64,000 bases of DNA from Pseudovirgaria hyperparasitica (taxonomy: Eukaryota): assembly GCA_010093815.1 (NCBI GenBank), contig ML996574.1; one strand, given 5' to 3'. The translations under genes were made by a program, and so were the position numbers. Under the pieces are notes generated by a model. It was not told the origin of the DNA. It saw only the letters and a list, made by a program, of their open reading frames with translations, and made no database searches. This document shows, piece after piece, positions 12,587 to 23,671 of this stretch. How positions within the stretch are numbered: position 1 is the stretch's first letter; each line of letters starts with the position of its first letter.

Positions 12587-13539
12587 GAAGTACAGGTGGA
12601 TCCTCTTGTATCTTTTGAAAGCATTCAACACTTTAGAAGGGCTCCTACAGTGCTTTCCCAGCAGTTTCTTTGACTATCTATCATTTCACATGTCTGAATA
12701 AACGTTCATCACATTGTGTCTTGGCCTGTTCATGACTGTACCGACGCGTAATCATCGTCATAGGTTAAAGTAGAATATTCAACGGAGACAACCTTGCAGT
12801 GTCTCATCTAGAGCTCTTTGTCCTCCGGAGTCACCTCCACATGCTACAAACCTAATAACTGCCCTCCATTCGCACATCTTCCATGACGATGAACTGGAGC
12901 CAGTCTATAGGATAGTTCCGTAGAAATATATGCCCATGGGCACGAGGCAGAAGCGTGAAGTTCTCCACGATCACATCACATCGAATGCACCTCCATATTT
13001 ATCTGACTAGGTCTATCTACTTAATAAAAAATCCAATTTTGACACAGTCCATCTGTCTGAGCATCCTCCGCGCCGCTTGGCCCATATTTGCAGTCCCAAG
13101 AACTGTAGATATTCGCTGATTGACTTCCAGCGCCTCAAAGATCTGTTCCAGTTCTTCACTTACAGCGCAGAGACTGTCCCATGCCCTTCCTAATGCAACG
13201 CACTAGGCCACATCAAGCAGAATAACAATTGCCAGCGACACGAGACAGCATTCACGCGACTTTTGGAGCCTGTGCTCGATTCTATTTCCTCTATCTTGGC
13301 TTTCTCTTCCTTCTAATCCTTCCCACACACTCACACACCAAGCTACTATCTTGATTTTCTTCGTACAGCCCTGAAAGCTCTCTTATGAGACATCTTAGTG
13401 CCGTTATCATTCCTGACACTCCCGCTGAAAGCTTCGCCTGTCAGAACACCGCAGTCTACCGGAAATCGAGAGATCCAGCATATCTAGGATCCCCATCACA
13501 ACCCCAACCAGTACTCCATAACATACCAAAGCCCTTGAC

Positions 13540-15689
13540 AGACTTGCTACGGAGGCGAATGAAGAACACAAGAAAGAATACTTCTTCCAGGTATGAGCCG
13601 CTCCTTGAATCCCTGAATAACCTCTTTAACCTGAGACAGATCTTAGGCACCTTCAACGAGATGGATAATAGCTTTGGAGAGCAGGTGAGTGTCAAAGATA
13701 TCTAACCTTAAAGCCCTTCGCTGATACTAATATTGTACAAAGCAGCCTGAGGCTTTCTGGTATAACTCTAACAACGACGATCCTTCCAATGTAAGGTGAT
13801 CCTTTCTGCCCATAGCTACTACTGACTCCTATCCAGACAATGAACATCAACGACGAGAACAATCGTCACATTTCACCTCCGCAAGGCCAAGTTCCTACCG
13901 CGGCCGCAGATGTAACGTCGTTCGACATGGAAGATGATTTTGATTACAGTCAATGGATGAACTTTGATGACTACGACAATGTCGATACAGGAGGTGTTCC
14001 TCTGGCGGGGCATAGCAGTCCTAGGCAAGGTATCTAACTTTGCAACCGAATAACATTAGGTATACAAAGACTAATTGAGGCTTAGATCTTGCTGATCACG
14101 GCATGATTGATCTAGACGGCATGAGCTTCACTGGCATGGACCCAGTCTTGGAGACAGGGGCCAGATCTACCTCCCAGAATACACCCGGCGATATCGGATA
14201 CATCGACTATGACAGAGAGCAGCCTGGGATAGACGAGTTCCAACTTCCAGATTATAACATCCAGAGTGCTCCAAGCAGCTCTACTCTACCACCTGCTGTC
14301 CCTGATGTCAATAAGAGCCTTGAAACTGCCGATCAGACAGTCCCTCAGCCGAATAGCACACAGAACGTACGGAACAAAGCTACAGCTGGCGGACAGAAAT
14401 CTCTAAAACCGATGTCCAAGGAGGCGATGTTGTCTCTCTTGGAATCTGACGAAGCAGCCAAGCGTACTGCAGAGCGTCGTCGTATAGCTGCCTTGAATGT
14501 TCAGAATCCCGCACCTCTCCCACATGGTCGAGGCAACACGACGGCTCAGAGCCAATCCCACACTGCCTTCGGAATACCAAATCCTGCTCTTCAGAGACCC
14601 TTCGCAGGACATGAGAGCCTTGGTGGCATGCCATTACAGACTGAACAGCAATATATGCCGTTCCCCAGCAACAGACAGACATTCCAAGGACCAAATCAGC
14701 CAGCTCACACAGTCGTTGGCACGCAGAGAATGCCTACTGCTAACTTTGGTCAACAAGCAACAGCAAACCTACAGCTGCTCCCTGAAAACATTCTTCAGAT
14801 ACAACAAGCGATGGGTGCAATCCCAACTCCGGACATGCCACCACGCCATAACATCGCAGAAGAATGGATGCAGTTCACTGTGCGTAGAAACCACGAGATT
14901 GAGATAGGCAACGTCCTCATAAGGCAAATCAAATGCCTCCACCGGATTCAGAGCAGAAGACCAAACGAGTCTTCATATGCCGAGATCGAGAGCCTGCTGA
15001 GCGGTGCCCCTGGCCCCGATGGCAGACCCCAAGATATCCTCAGAGAAGAGCAGCAAGACTTCAGCTTCTTCGACAAATACGACAGCGTATCGACGCAGAT
15101 CACGAACCTACTCGAGAAACTGGAGTCCGCACACCCGCTCAACGCCCATGAGACAGAGCAATGGATAAACGTCTACAAGCACTACCATGACCGCCTCAGC
15201 ATGTTTTTGAACGCCATCAGACTGAACCACAAGCGCAGGCTGCTCCTGCAACACGTCCGCGCTGACACAAGGGCGCGTTTGGGCAATCTCCTCGCAGCAC
15301 GTGGCCAGGCGCAGCAGCAGCAGCAGCAGATGCAGCCATTCCCCTTCCCAGACCCCACCAGCTTTGGGTACCTGCCCGGGAACAACCAAGATCTGCCCTC
15401 GCAGCGCTTCCCAAACCCGGCCTCCCAGATGGGCCCGACGCAGGTCTCCCCTCCCGCGCGCTCCGGCGCTCCTGCTCCGTTTCCGAGCCGTGGTAGCCAC
15501 CGCCGTCGGTCAAGCACCGGCGTGCCGACTGAGCGCTCCGTTCGGAGCCGTTTGTTTGGCTTGGAGCCGGGGGAGCGGGTGCAGAGGGGTCGTGGTATTG
15601 TGCCTCCGGTGGAGGAGCAGCTCCGCAACCATCGTGCGCGTGTAGCGAGATGGAGAAGGTCGAGGGGTGGGAGTACAGCGGAGGAGTAA
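13540..15689 (+). CDS. Orphan multi-exon hypothetical protein, Q/P-rich with Arg-rich C-terminus; true start not resolved
   Basis: Four short GT-AG introns splice in frame (LATEANEEHKKEYFFQ|ILGTFNEMDNSFGEQ|QPEAFWYNSNNDDPSN|TMNINDEN...RQ|DLADHGM) into the 528-aa ORF 14103-15689. Confidence 0.7.
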
Positions 15690-15959
15690 GGGGGGAGGAG
15701 AGATAGGGGATGGGCCTTGCCTAAAGGTGTGGGGAATGGGGAGGGGAGGAGGGGGTTTTGCATTCGTCTCGGGTTAAAGAGATGTGTATTTTCATTCATA
15801 GTAGACACCAATGCACGTTATCATGGATTTCACATGTCGTTTATCTTGCACTCGGAGTAGAACCAAGTGGATTCGCCGCGCTAGAGAAGCCATTGTTCGC
15901 CTATGATTCTAGCAATCACGAAGTTCTACTAGAAATGAGGCTTATGATTCTAGTAGAAT

Positions 15960-17520
15960 AATGCCGTTAAGTAGACCAAACCTCTCTAAAGACATCTATA
16001 TAGCGATATAGAGTAGTACTAATAGCGACTTAAATTCATAGTCGAGCTTGATTTCTAGATATCCAAACCAATATATTACGATTTCTTGCGCTATATAGCT
16101 TATGAAAACAAGACTTAAGTATACTATACTATAATAAGCCTTCTTGAAGAAGTAGGTTTAGCTATAGAGAATAGAGATAATACCTATTCTAGATAACTTT
16201 AGTACTAAATTTTATCTATAACTTAAAATAAACTAAGGTTCTATAAGCTTTATAGTCTATTTACTTAGTATTACTAGTACTATAATAGAATTCTATTAGA
16301 TTTTAGCTCTTATTCTTTATATATAAACTACTTAGTATAGTAGATAGAGTCCTTCTAAAATCTAAAATCTAATATATCTATAGCTAAGTTTTAAAGATCT
16401 ACTAACTTAATAGCTCTAGAAATAATTAGATATATATAAATACTAAAGATCTATATTATAGATTATTATAGATATAATATAAATCTCTATAAAAACTAAA
16501 GTTCTACTATACTAAAAGTATCTAATATATAATATTATACTATAACTATAGTAGATCTATTATAGTTCTTAACTTACTACTTATAAACTAATCTATATAT
16601 ACCTCTATTATATTATCCCGGGAGCTACGAAGAATACATGTCTAAGGGAGAATATATTATCTCTATTAAAGCTAATAGTTTAGTAATTATATATCTATTA
16701 ACGAGTATTACTATTCTATAAATAGTAATAGCTCTAAATTATTTAATCTATATATAGCTATAGTAAGTTTCCTCTAGTTAATAGGCCGTAAATCCTATAT
16801 CTATTAGCGAGTAGCTATATTCTACTAGGTGTAAACCCTCTAAAGTGGTATAGCTAATGAAAGTTATAGTATAATTCTTAGACTAGAAATCTTATAAATC
16901 GAATACGTATCTACGATTAGCTCTCTTCCGTTTAGAAAGATATCTCTATTATACTATACTTAATTATAGTTATGGTTTATGTACTATAGTTAGTAGCTCG
17001 TTAAGTAGCTACTCATCTACGAGAATCTCTCTTCTACTAAACATAATACCCGTGGAATCTTATACTATACTATAGCTAGGGTGTTACAGCTACAGTAGTA
17101 GCATACATTATGTATAATTACTGTAGGTAGTAGCGAACCGGTCGGGTGTATAAATACAACCGACCGGACACGTAGATAGAAAATGGCATACTTTATGACC
17201 AATTCAACTTGACGTGTCAATGATCTTGACATAGGGTATATCTATTATAGTTGGTAACTCGCGATTCACATACAGTTCTACGACTACCCGGATTCTTTTC
17301 CGGTAGAGACCTATAGAATTTAATAGCTATCTCTATGTCTCTCTATTTCCCCACACCTAAGATCTCTAGAATACTAAACTTAACTAGGGCCATAGTATAT
17401 TCATTATAGAGAATGGCTCATAAATTATATACCCATTAGCACCTATAGCGATTCTACTACACCTGAAACCCACAAGTCGTTATACCTAGTTAAAACCACA
17501 GTATATCTGTTCTACTCAAC
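15960..17520. mobile_element. RIP-mutated repeat or transposon relic
   Basis: Abrupt very AT-rich block dense in TpA (TATA, CTAG, TAG), depleted of CpA/TpG, with no ORFs. This is the classic RIP signature. Family not identifiable. Confidence 0.8.
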
Positions 17521-18522
17521 AGCTTAAAAATAATATACCAATCTCCAAGAACACCATTTCTACCCCTACACACAACGCCAATTTCCTGCTTCCATCTCTC
17601 ATTTCCAAGGTTCGACCAAGACCAAAGAGCCACAAAACTAGTCGCCAGCAAGCCGAATCACGAATGTAAGCCACTGGCTAGAAAGAATGCACGGTATAAG
17701 GTGTGATTACGCACGGCGCCACCGGCGCTACTGATAGATGTAATAGGTAGAGATCGAAGGTGCGCGATTTTATACTCAGCCGTCTCATGTCGAAATCTCG
17801 TAAGCAGTACAGCTTGTGGCAGTTCTCGTTGGATAAAGCGAGTCAAAATCCAGGGGGCCGAAGGCGACGCGACGGTTCGGCCGGATCGGGCCCGCGTGTG
17901 TGTGGGTAGACAGGCTGGGTTTCAGCGTTTCAGCCCCAGTGGCGCGGGCGCGGCCCTGCGTGCAACATGGATAAATCCATTATTCTATCCATCGCATCTC
18001 TCTCATCGCGACGCCGGTGTTCCGAGCTTGACTACCTTCGCAGACTCCAATAATCCATCTATGAATGGCAGTGATGAGCGGTGCCGTTGTCGAGGCTTAT
18101 CAGTCAGACTGCGGCCGTGACGGTCGTGCGCCGGTGATCGCTGCGACACTAGATCTGCTTTTTTCTGCTTTTGGCCCTCGCGATTTGGATTACTCTGCTA
18201 TTTTTAATATGAAATGTTGGATGACACATGTTGCTATTGAGACAATTCCCGCATGCTTCACGCTTCACTTCACAAGTGGTTCAGCTTGCTCGCCTGGTGC
18301 TGACACGCTGGTGAGGTACACTGCTACCCTGAGTGGGTACTGAAGGGGGACATGCGCAACTCGAGTATGTATATAATATGCCCGTGTCTCTGTCTGGCAG
18401 AGAGATATCCTCAAGTCCTCTTGAAATCTTTAATATCTCGGTACAACCTGTGTCTGTTTCGCGTCTTGATTCCTGCTTTATATCCTTCTATACCAACTAA
18501 TTCCTAATTCACCCAACTCAAA

Positions 18523-19782
18523 ATGGACCAGTTCGACATCGAAGCAGGTCTCGAGTCATATGCAGCGTCCTTCGACCACACTGCCCGAAACGCCGGCCTC
18601 AATGACTACACAAAGTTCTTATCGACAAAGCTTGACAGGCTCGTCATGGCATACATCCTAGAAGCATTCCGAGACCTCGGTGTCGATCTGCGATTCTTCG
18701 GCTCTGGCGAACGAGTCCCCAACTTCGTAGTTCTTCCCCGATTTCTCAAGATCAGGACGCGTCTATGGGACATCGTTGAGAGCAACGGGCTCATTCGTCG
18801 CAGCACTGCTGGGGTGATGGTGCGCACTGCTTCGTCGGCACATGCCCGTCCTTCCTCGGAGCTTCACGAGAAGCTCCTGCGCGAGTATCCAAACTATGCA
18901 GCTGAGCTCCGACTCCTTCAACTTACTGGCCCCAAGCTCGCAAAGTGTATGCGAGGACTCGAGGACCCGGAGGAGCTGCTGTTCGGATCGGAAGAGGCGC
19001 AGAACATTGTCGAGGCGTTCGAATACAGCTCTCCCCTGGCCAGCACGATGAAGGACCAGCTCGTCACATTCGTTGCAAGCACTCTTCAAAGCTACGACAG
19101 TCAATCGACGGCCACTCTGGAGATCCTCGAGATTGGTGCCGAGACTGGCCACTGTACCGATCGTATGTTGGACACTCTCGCCCGCTCTGGCGTCAAGTAC
19201 CACTACACCTTCAGCGACCCATCGTCGAAGATGCTCGCCAAAGCCCAAGCAAAATACCAGCACACCAACAGCAACATGTTCTTCGAGCACCTACACCTCG
19301 ACCACGCCATCCCCTCCGACCTCCAGCACAAATACGACATCATCATCGGCACAAACCTCTCGCACGCCATGACCGACCGGACAAGAACCCTCCAGCAAAT
19401 GCGCAGCATGCTCTCCCCACACGGCTTCACGCTGTGCTCCGAAATCACCACGTCCATCGAGTGGTATGACCTCGTATTCGGACTGCTGGACAGCTGGTGG
19501 TGCGGCGCCGGCTACGCGCTGCAGCCCACGCAGTTCTGGATGGAGGCGTTCCGCAACGCCGGATACTACGCCGCAACATTCTCACGTGGACAGTCGCAAG
19601 ACGCGAACATCGAGCGGCTGCTGATCGGCACGAATTTCCCGCTCAGTGCGTCGCTGGTGCAGGGCTCGCGATGCCCGTCGCCGCGAGGCGGGTTGCCGAG
19701 AGTGGATAGCTATATGGATGGCTTGGACAAGAATGCACAGTCGAGCATGGTCGATCTGTACAGGGTGGCTGCGAGGGCGTAG
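18523..19782 (+). CDS. Stand-alone SAM-dependent C-methyltransferase resembling the CMeT domain of non-reducing PKSs
   Basis: AYILEAFRDLG helical N-domain, ELRLLQLTGPKLA, LEILEIGAETG, YTFSD, YDIIIGTNLSHA, E...WYDLVFGLLDSWW. Intronless 419 aa. Confidence 0.85.
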   Translation: MDQFDIEAGLESYAASFDHTARNAGLNDYTKFLSTKLDRLVMAYILEAFRDLGVDLRFFGSGERVPNFVVLPRFLKIRTRLWDIVESNGLIRRSTAGVMVRTASSAHARPSSELHEKLLREYPNYAAELRLLQLTGPKLAKCMRGLEDPEELLFGSEEAQNIVEAFEYSSPLASTMKDQLVTFVASTLQSYDSQSTATLEILEIGAETGHCTDRMLDTLARSGVKYHYTFSDPSSKMLAKAQAKYQHTNSNMFFEHLHLDHAIPSDLQHKYDIIIGTNLSHAMTDRTRTLQQMRSMLSPHGFTLCSEITTSIEWYDLVFGLLDSWWCGAGYALQPTQFWMEAFRNAGYYAATFSRGQSQDANIERLLIGTNFPLSASLVQGSRCPSPRGGLPRVDSYMDGLDKNAQSSMVDLYRVAARA

Positions 19783-20490
19783 ATACTGATACTCGGGGTT
19801 ATGATTTTGGGGGTTTCTGTTTGCATATGGCTAGTCCACGGCTATCAGGTCCGTATATAGGAGTTCAATGTTTCCATTTGTTACAACAGACGTGTCGTCA
19901 GCGACGCATAGATGGAAGAATGGCAATATATTGACAATGTTTGTTTCGCTTCAAAGAATTTATTGTCCGATCTCGTCACGCTTGTAGCAAAGGGTCTGTT
20001 CATAGACAGGCTGCGAGCTCTCGTGCAAGAGCATTACAGCGTGTACACAGAGATTTTGAAAGCGACAGACACAGTAGTATTCCTGTTATGTTAGTGACTC
20101 ATCTGAAGGTGCATCAAAGATATACTAATGTAGTGTCTTTTCAGCTCCTTAGCGCCGATCCGTACTTATACCTTGGACAGGCAGATACGCGCTAACCAAG
20201 ATCGGACAAGTGGCCAATGAAATCAAGTATTGGAGCATTCATGATGGATGGAAGCACATCCCAACCTCCTCGTTCTTCTTCCATTTCACTCTTTAATATC
20301 TCGTCAACAATCACTTTCTTCCACAGAACATTGAGTCCAACCACAGAGCCATTCGATTCTGTCCTGTCTCAGCGTATATACAGCAATGTACTACTATGGA
20401 GCGTGACACTCTGACGTAGTCCTTCCTATCTTCACCCCCACCTGAACACGCATTATCTCCGACTCGCAGATCGCGCCGCCAAGTCTCAGG

Positions 20491-22221
20491 ATGCCTTCGT
20501 TTGATCTCCTCCAGGATGTCACGGCGATTCTGGCTGCGCTGATACTGCTTCCCTGGACATTCAGCTTTGCCCTTTTCTTCTCGGTCGTTGACGCTTTCTC
20601 CTCAGTTCGAACTTCCAGGATCGAACAACAGGCTTCTCCAAACCATGGCACTCCATCCCGTATTTTGCTCTCAGGTGCCGGCAGCCCAGTCGCGCTATCT
20701 CTTGCACGCCTCCTCCAAAGCCATGGACATACAGTGATAGGAGTCGACTACGAGACCATCCCCCTTGTCTCGCCTGCCCGCCTCAGCAACGCATACACAC
20801 GCTTCTACCGCCTCAGTACCCCCCTACGACCTCAAGACCGAAAAACCATATCGAAGGCCGTCCGCTTTGGCAGATTCGGCCGCCTCACGCACCCAGCCGT
20901 GCAGACCGCCATGAAAGGCCCCTCGACCGAGGAGCTCTACGCCGCAGACATTGTCGCCGTCATGCAGCACGAGACCCTCGACCTCTGGATCCCTTGCGAA
21001 CAGACGGGCAGCAGCAGCATTAGCAGTAAATCTGCCCCCTTCAAAAGCCTCCAACGCGCCCGATCCGCTGTACTCGACGCAGGAAAGCGCTGTATATGTC
21101 CGACCGACGATATGGCCGCCCTGTCGCGCAGTCCCGTCGCTTTCGCAGACTTTGTAAACGCTCTGCACATGCCTGTGCGCGCGCCCCTGGCCATGCTCAT
21201 GCACAGCCGCGACGACGTCCACCGCACGCTGGCCAAAGTCCCACCCGCCATGCGCTTCGTTCTCGAGAAAGTTCATCGCGCTGTCGAGCTGCAGCGCACA
21301 CCAACGAACAGCCCGCTCATGCTCACGCACACTCGCGGTGGCAGCAGCAGCGGCAGCAGCGGTGGGAAAATAACTCCACCGCGACGTCCCAGCTGCGACG
21401 CCTCATCCGCAACTGAAATCATCACAGTGTCCATGGACCAGCGCAACGCGGCCTACAACGCGGTCGCCACACTACCCATCTGCGAGCACTCGCCCTGGCT
21501 ACTGCGGGAGGATTCGCCCGGCCCACGGCTCGTCGCTAGCGCACTCGTGCTCAACGGCCGGGTGCGCGCCTTTGTCGCCTCGCAACCCTCCTTGTCGCAC
21601 GCCCACCTCCTGACGACGCTTCCGCCCTCCGCGCCGCTGTACCCTAGCATGCTGCACTTCACACAGCAGTTCGCGCGCTACCAGACGCATGCTGGCGCGC
21701 TGCATGTCAGTATCACGTTTGCGGCCTGCAGTGTGCCGACGGAGTGCGGCGAGGAGACGAGGGTGATGGTGCTGGGGTGCGATGCGAGTGTGCATGGGAG
21801 CATGGCGCTGCTGATGAGCGATGAGTATGCGGGGAAGGCGCTCGCGAGGGTGTATGCAGAGATTGCAGCAACAGCGACAGGGGCGGCGACGGCAGAACAA
21901 AATGAGAGGGGCGATGCGATAGTGAGAGTTGGGCGAACGACGACGACGACGGGACTGCGGACGAGTTATGTAAGGATGGTATCGGTGCTCGGGGCGATGG
22001 TCATGCAGGCTATGGCCGGCAAGAGGGGCGCTGGGGAAGTTCTTGAGGAGTGTGTAGATGTGGTGAGGGCGATGTTGACAATGCGGGACGAAGGTTTCGA
22101 AAGGGCGGACCCCTGGCCATGGTGGTATGTAGTCCATGTGCAAGAGCCGGCTGGGTTGGCGTGGGTTGTGTTTGCGAGGCTCCGGCAGAAGATCCGGATA
22201 TTTCGGACGATGATCTCGTAG
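20491..22221 (+). CDS. Divergent ATP-grasp protein similar to fungal MysC (mycosporine ligase) homologs, with N-terminal hydrophobic helix
   Basis: RILLSGAGSPVALSLARLLQSHGHTVIGVDYE, ARLSNAYTRFYRL, DLWIPC, ALVLNGRVRAFVAS and C-terminal DPWPWWYVVHVQEP all match my recollection of the fungal MysC-like family. Confidence 0.75.
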   Translation: MPSFDLLQDVTAILAALILLPWTFSFALFFSVVDAFSSVRTSRIEQQASPNHGTPSRILLSGAGSPVALSLARLLQSHGHTVIGVDYETIPLVSPARLSNAYTRFYRLSTPLRPQDRKTISKAVRFGRFGRLTHPAVQTAMKGPSTEELYAADIVAVMQHETLDLWIPCEQTGSSSISSKSAPFKSLQRARSAVLDAGKRCICPTDDMAALSRSPVAFADFVNALHMPVRAPLAMLMHSRDDVHRTLAKVPPAMRFVLEKVHRAVELQRTPTNSPLMLTHTRGGSSSGSSGGKITPPRRPSCDASSATEIITVSMDQRNAAYNAVATLPICEHSPWLLREDSPGPRLVASALVLNGRVRAFVASQPSLSHAHLLTTLPPSAPLYPSMLHFTQQFARYQTHAGALHVSITFAACSVPTECGEETRVMVLGCDASVHGSMALLMSDEYAGKALARVYAEIAATATGAATAEQNERGDAIVRVGRTTTTTGLRTSYVRMVSVLGAMVMQAMAGKRGAGEVLEECVDVVRAMLTMRDEGFERADPWPWWYVVHVQEPAGLAWVVFARLRQKIRIFRTMIS

Positions 22222-22366
22222 CGGTATATCTGATGATCTGGTGTGGAATTGTACATCGGGTGGTGGTGGTATATGATACATAGCGGCATGCGGAGCACCA
22301 CGCAGCCGGGACGGGTTGTGTTACAGGGGCTCGAAATATATACAGGGGAAGCCCATTTGAGCACCG

Positions 22367-23671
22367 CTAATTGTTCTTTCGGATGTCGATATAATCAGGG
22401 TCCGTGTCGATGTTCTTGCCTTGCATTGCTGCTGTGAGCTCTTCAAAGGCCTCCTCTCCGAGATGTTCTTTCAAGCGTGGGTCTTCGAGAAAGGCTTTGA
22501 GTTGGTCATCGGTCAGGCTATCGAACATGCTCTCGATTGACACGTCTTCCAGGTTGTGATCTTTTATTCTTTGCTCCATTTGCTCTTGGGTCATGATCTC
22601 TGTGGGCCGGTGCGCGTCAGCCAGCTTGCTGTCTATGTCCTCGTCTTCATCCCAGTCTTCATCTTCAGCGTCTTCATCTTCATTGCCGTTGAGCAGTTTG
22701 GTGAGCTCATCATTTCCCTCCACAGACCCGCTTGCGCTTTTCTCAAGCGCTGTCTGGAGCTTTTTCACCATCTCTTCCTTGCTGAGACCGTCCAAGTCCT
22801 CCTCATTATACTCATCTTCGTCTTCACCTCTGTCGAGCTCCACGTCATCATCACCATCATCATCCTCCTCCTCGCCTCTCGAATCCAACAACCCTGGAGT
22901 TGGCGGCCCGACATGACCCACACTCTTTAAATCCGCCTCCAGCAAACCCATAATCCTCTCCTTCCCAGGATACTTCTCCGGTAGACTCGCCTGACTGTAG
23001 TAAATGATATCCCATGCGGGTTCCGGGATCGCCCTCAATACCCCCGGCACCTCCCTCGCCAGAAGATACGCCTTCCACAACTCCCTCTGCACCACCGCAT
23101 TCGCCCCTACATACGCTAGCCGCAGCCGCATATTCAATCTCTCCACCCTCACATCCTTCTCATCCGGCACGCCCTCCACACGCACCTTCAACGCCGCCAT
23201 TGCCGCCCTATGCCGCGCATCCCCCTCCGCCGTCGCAATTCGCGTCCGGATCGGAATCATAGCCTCCTCGGACAACTCGCTGCTCTTGCCCAGCCACTTG
23301 CGCTCCATGGCGCGCATCGTCTGTTGGCTCATCTGTTCTTCGGTCTGCGCCTGCTGCCGCTTTTGTCGCAGCTCGTCCCATGACGTGATGCGGTCGATGA
23401 GTTGGGGTGCCGTTGATTGGTCCTCGGGCTGCTCGTAGATGTTGATGACTGGCATGTTCATGCGGTCTGGGTATACATCTTCTGGATGTGGGTTGCCCTC
23501 GTCGTCGAGGTGTGGTGTTGGTTTCGAGGGGCGTTGGCGCGTGGATGGCCGCAGGCGGATGTGCGCTGCGGGTGTGCTGTGGAGGAGGCGTTTGCATGGT
23601 TGATGTGCGGTAGGAAGACGTGATGTTGTGCTTGCGGTGGATTTAGATATGGATATGCGTAAAGACGCCAT
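22367..23671 (-). CDS. Hypothetical protein, probably mitochondrial, with acidic C-terminal region
   Basis: Likely start MASLRISISKSTAS...RLLHST (Arg/Ser-rich presequence), core ELWKAYL...IPEPAWDIIYYSQ, long intact ORF. Confidence 0.75.
   Translation of the reverse strand: MASLRISISKSTASTTSRLPTAHQPCKRLLHSTPAAHIRLRPSTRQRPSKPTPHLDDEGNPHPEDVYPDRMNMPVINIYEQPEDQSTAPQLIDRITSWDELRQKRQQAQTEEQMSQQTMRAMERKWLGKSSELSEEAMIPIRTRIATAEGDARHRAAMAALKVRVEGVPDEKDVRVERLNMRLRLAYVGANAVVQRELWKAYLLAREVPGVLRAIPEPAWDIIYYSQASLPEKYPGKERIMGLLEADLKSVGHVGPPTPGLLDSRGEEEDDDGDDDVELDRGEDEDEYNEEDLDGLSKEEMVKKLQTALEKSASGSVEGNDELTKLLNGNEDEDAEDEDWDEDEDIDSKLADAHRPTEIMTQEQMEQRIKDHNLEDVSIESMFDSLTDDQLKAFLEDPRLKEHLGEEAFEELTAAMQGKNIDTDPDYIDIRKNN

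Noticed and set aside
12262..12590. tRNA genes suggested by TTCGA T-loop-like hairpins
   Set aside because: No D-arm, anticodon arm or acceptor stem. Position fits U6 B-boxes.
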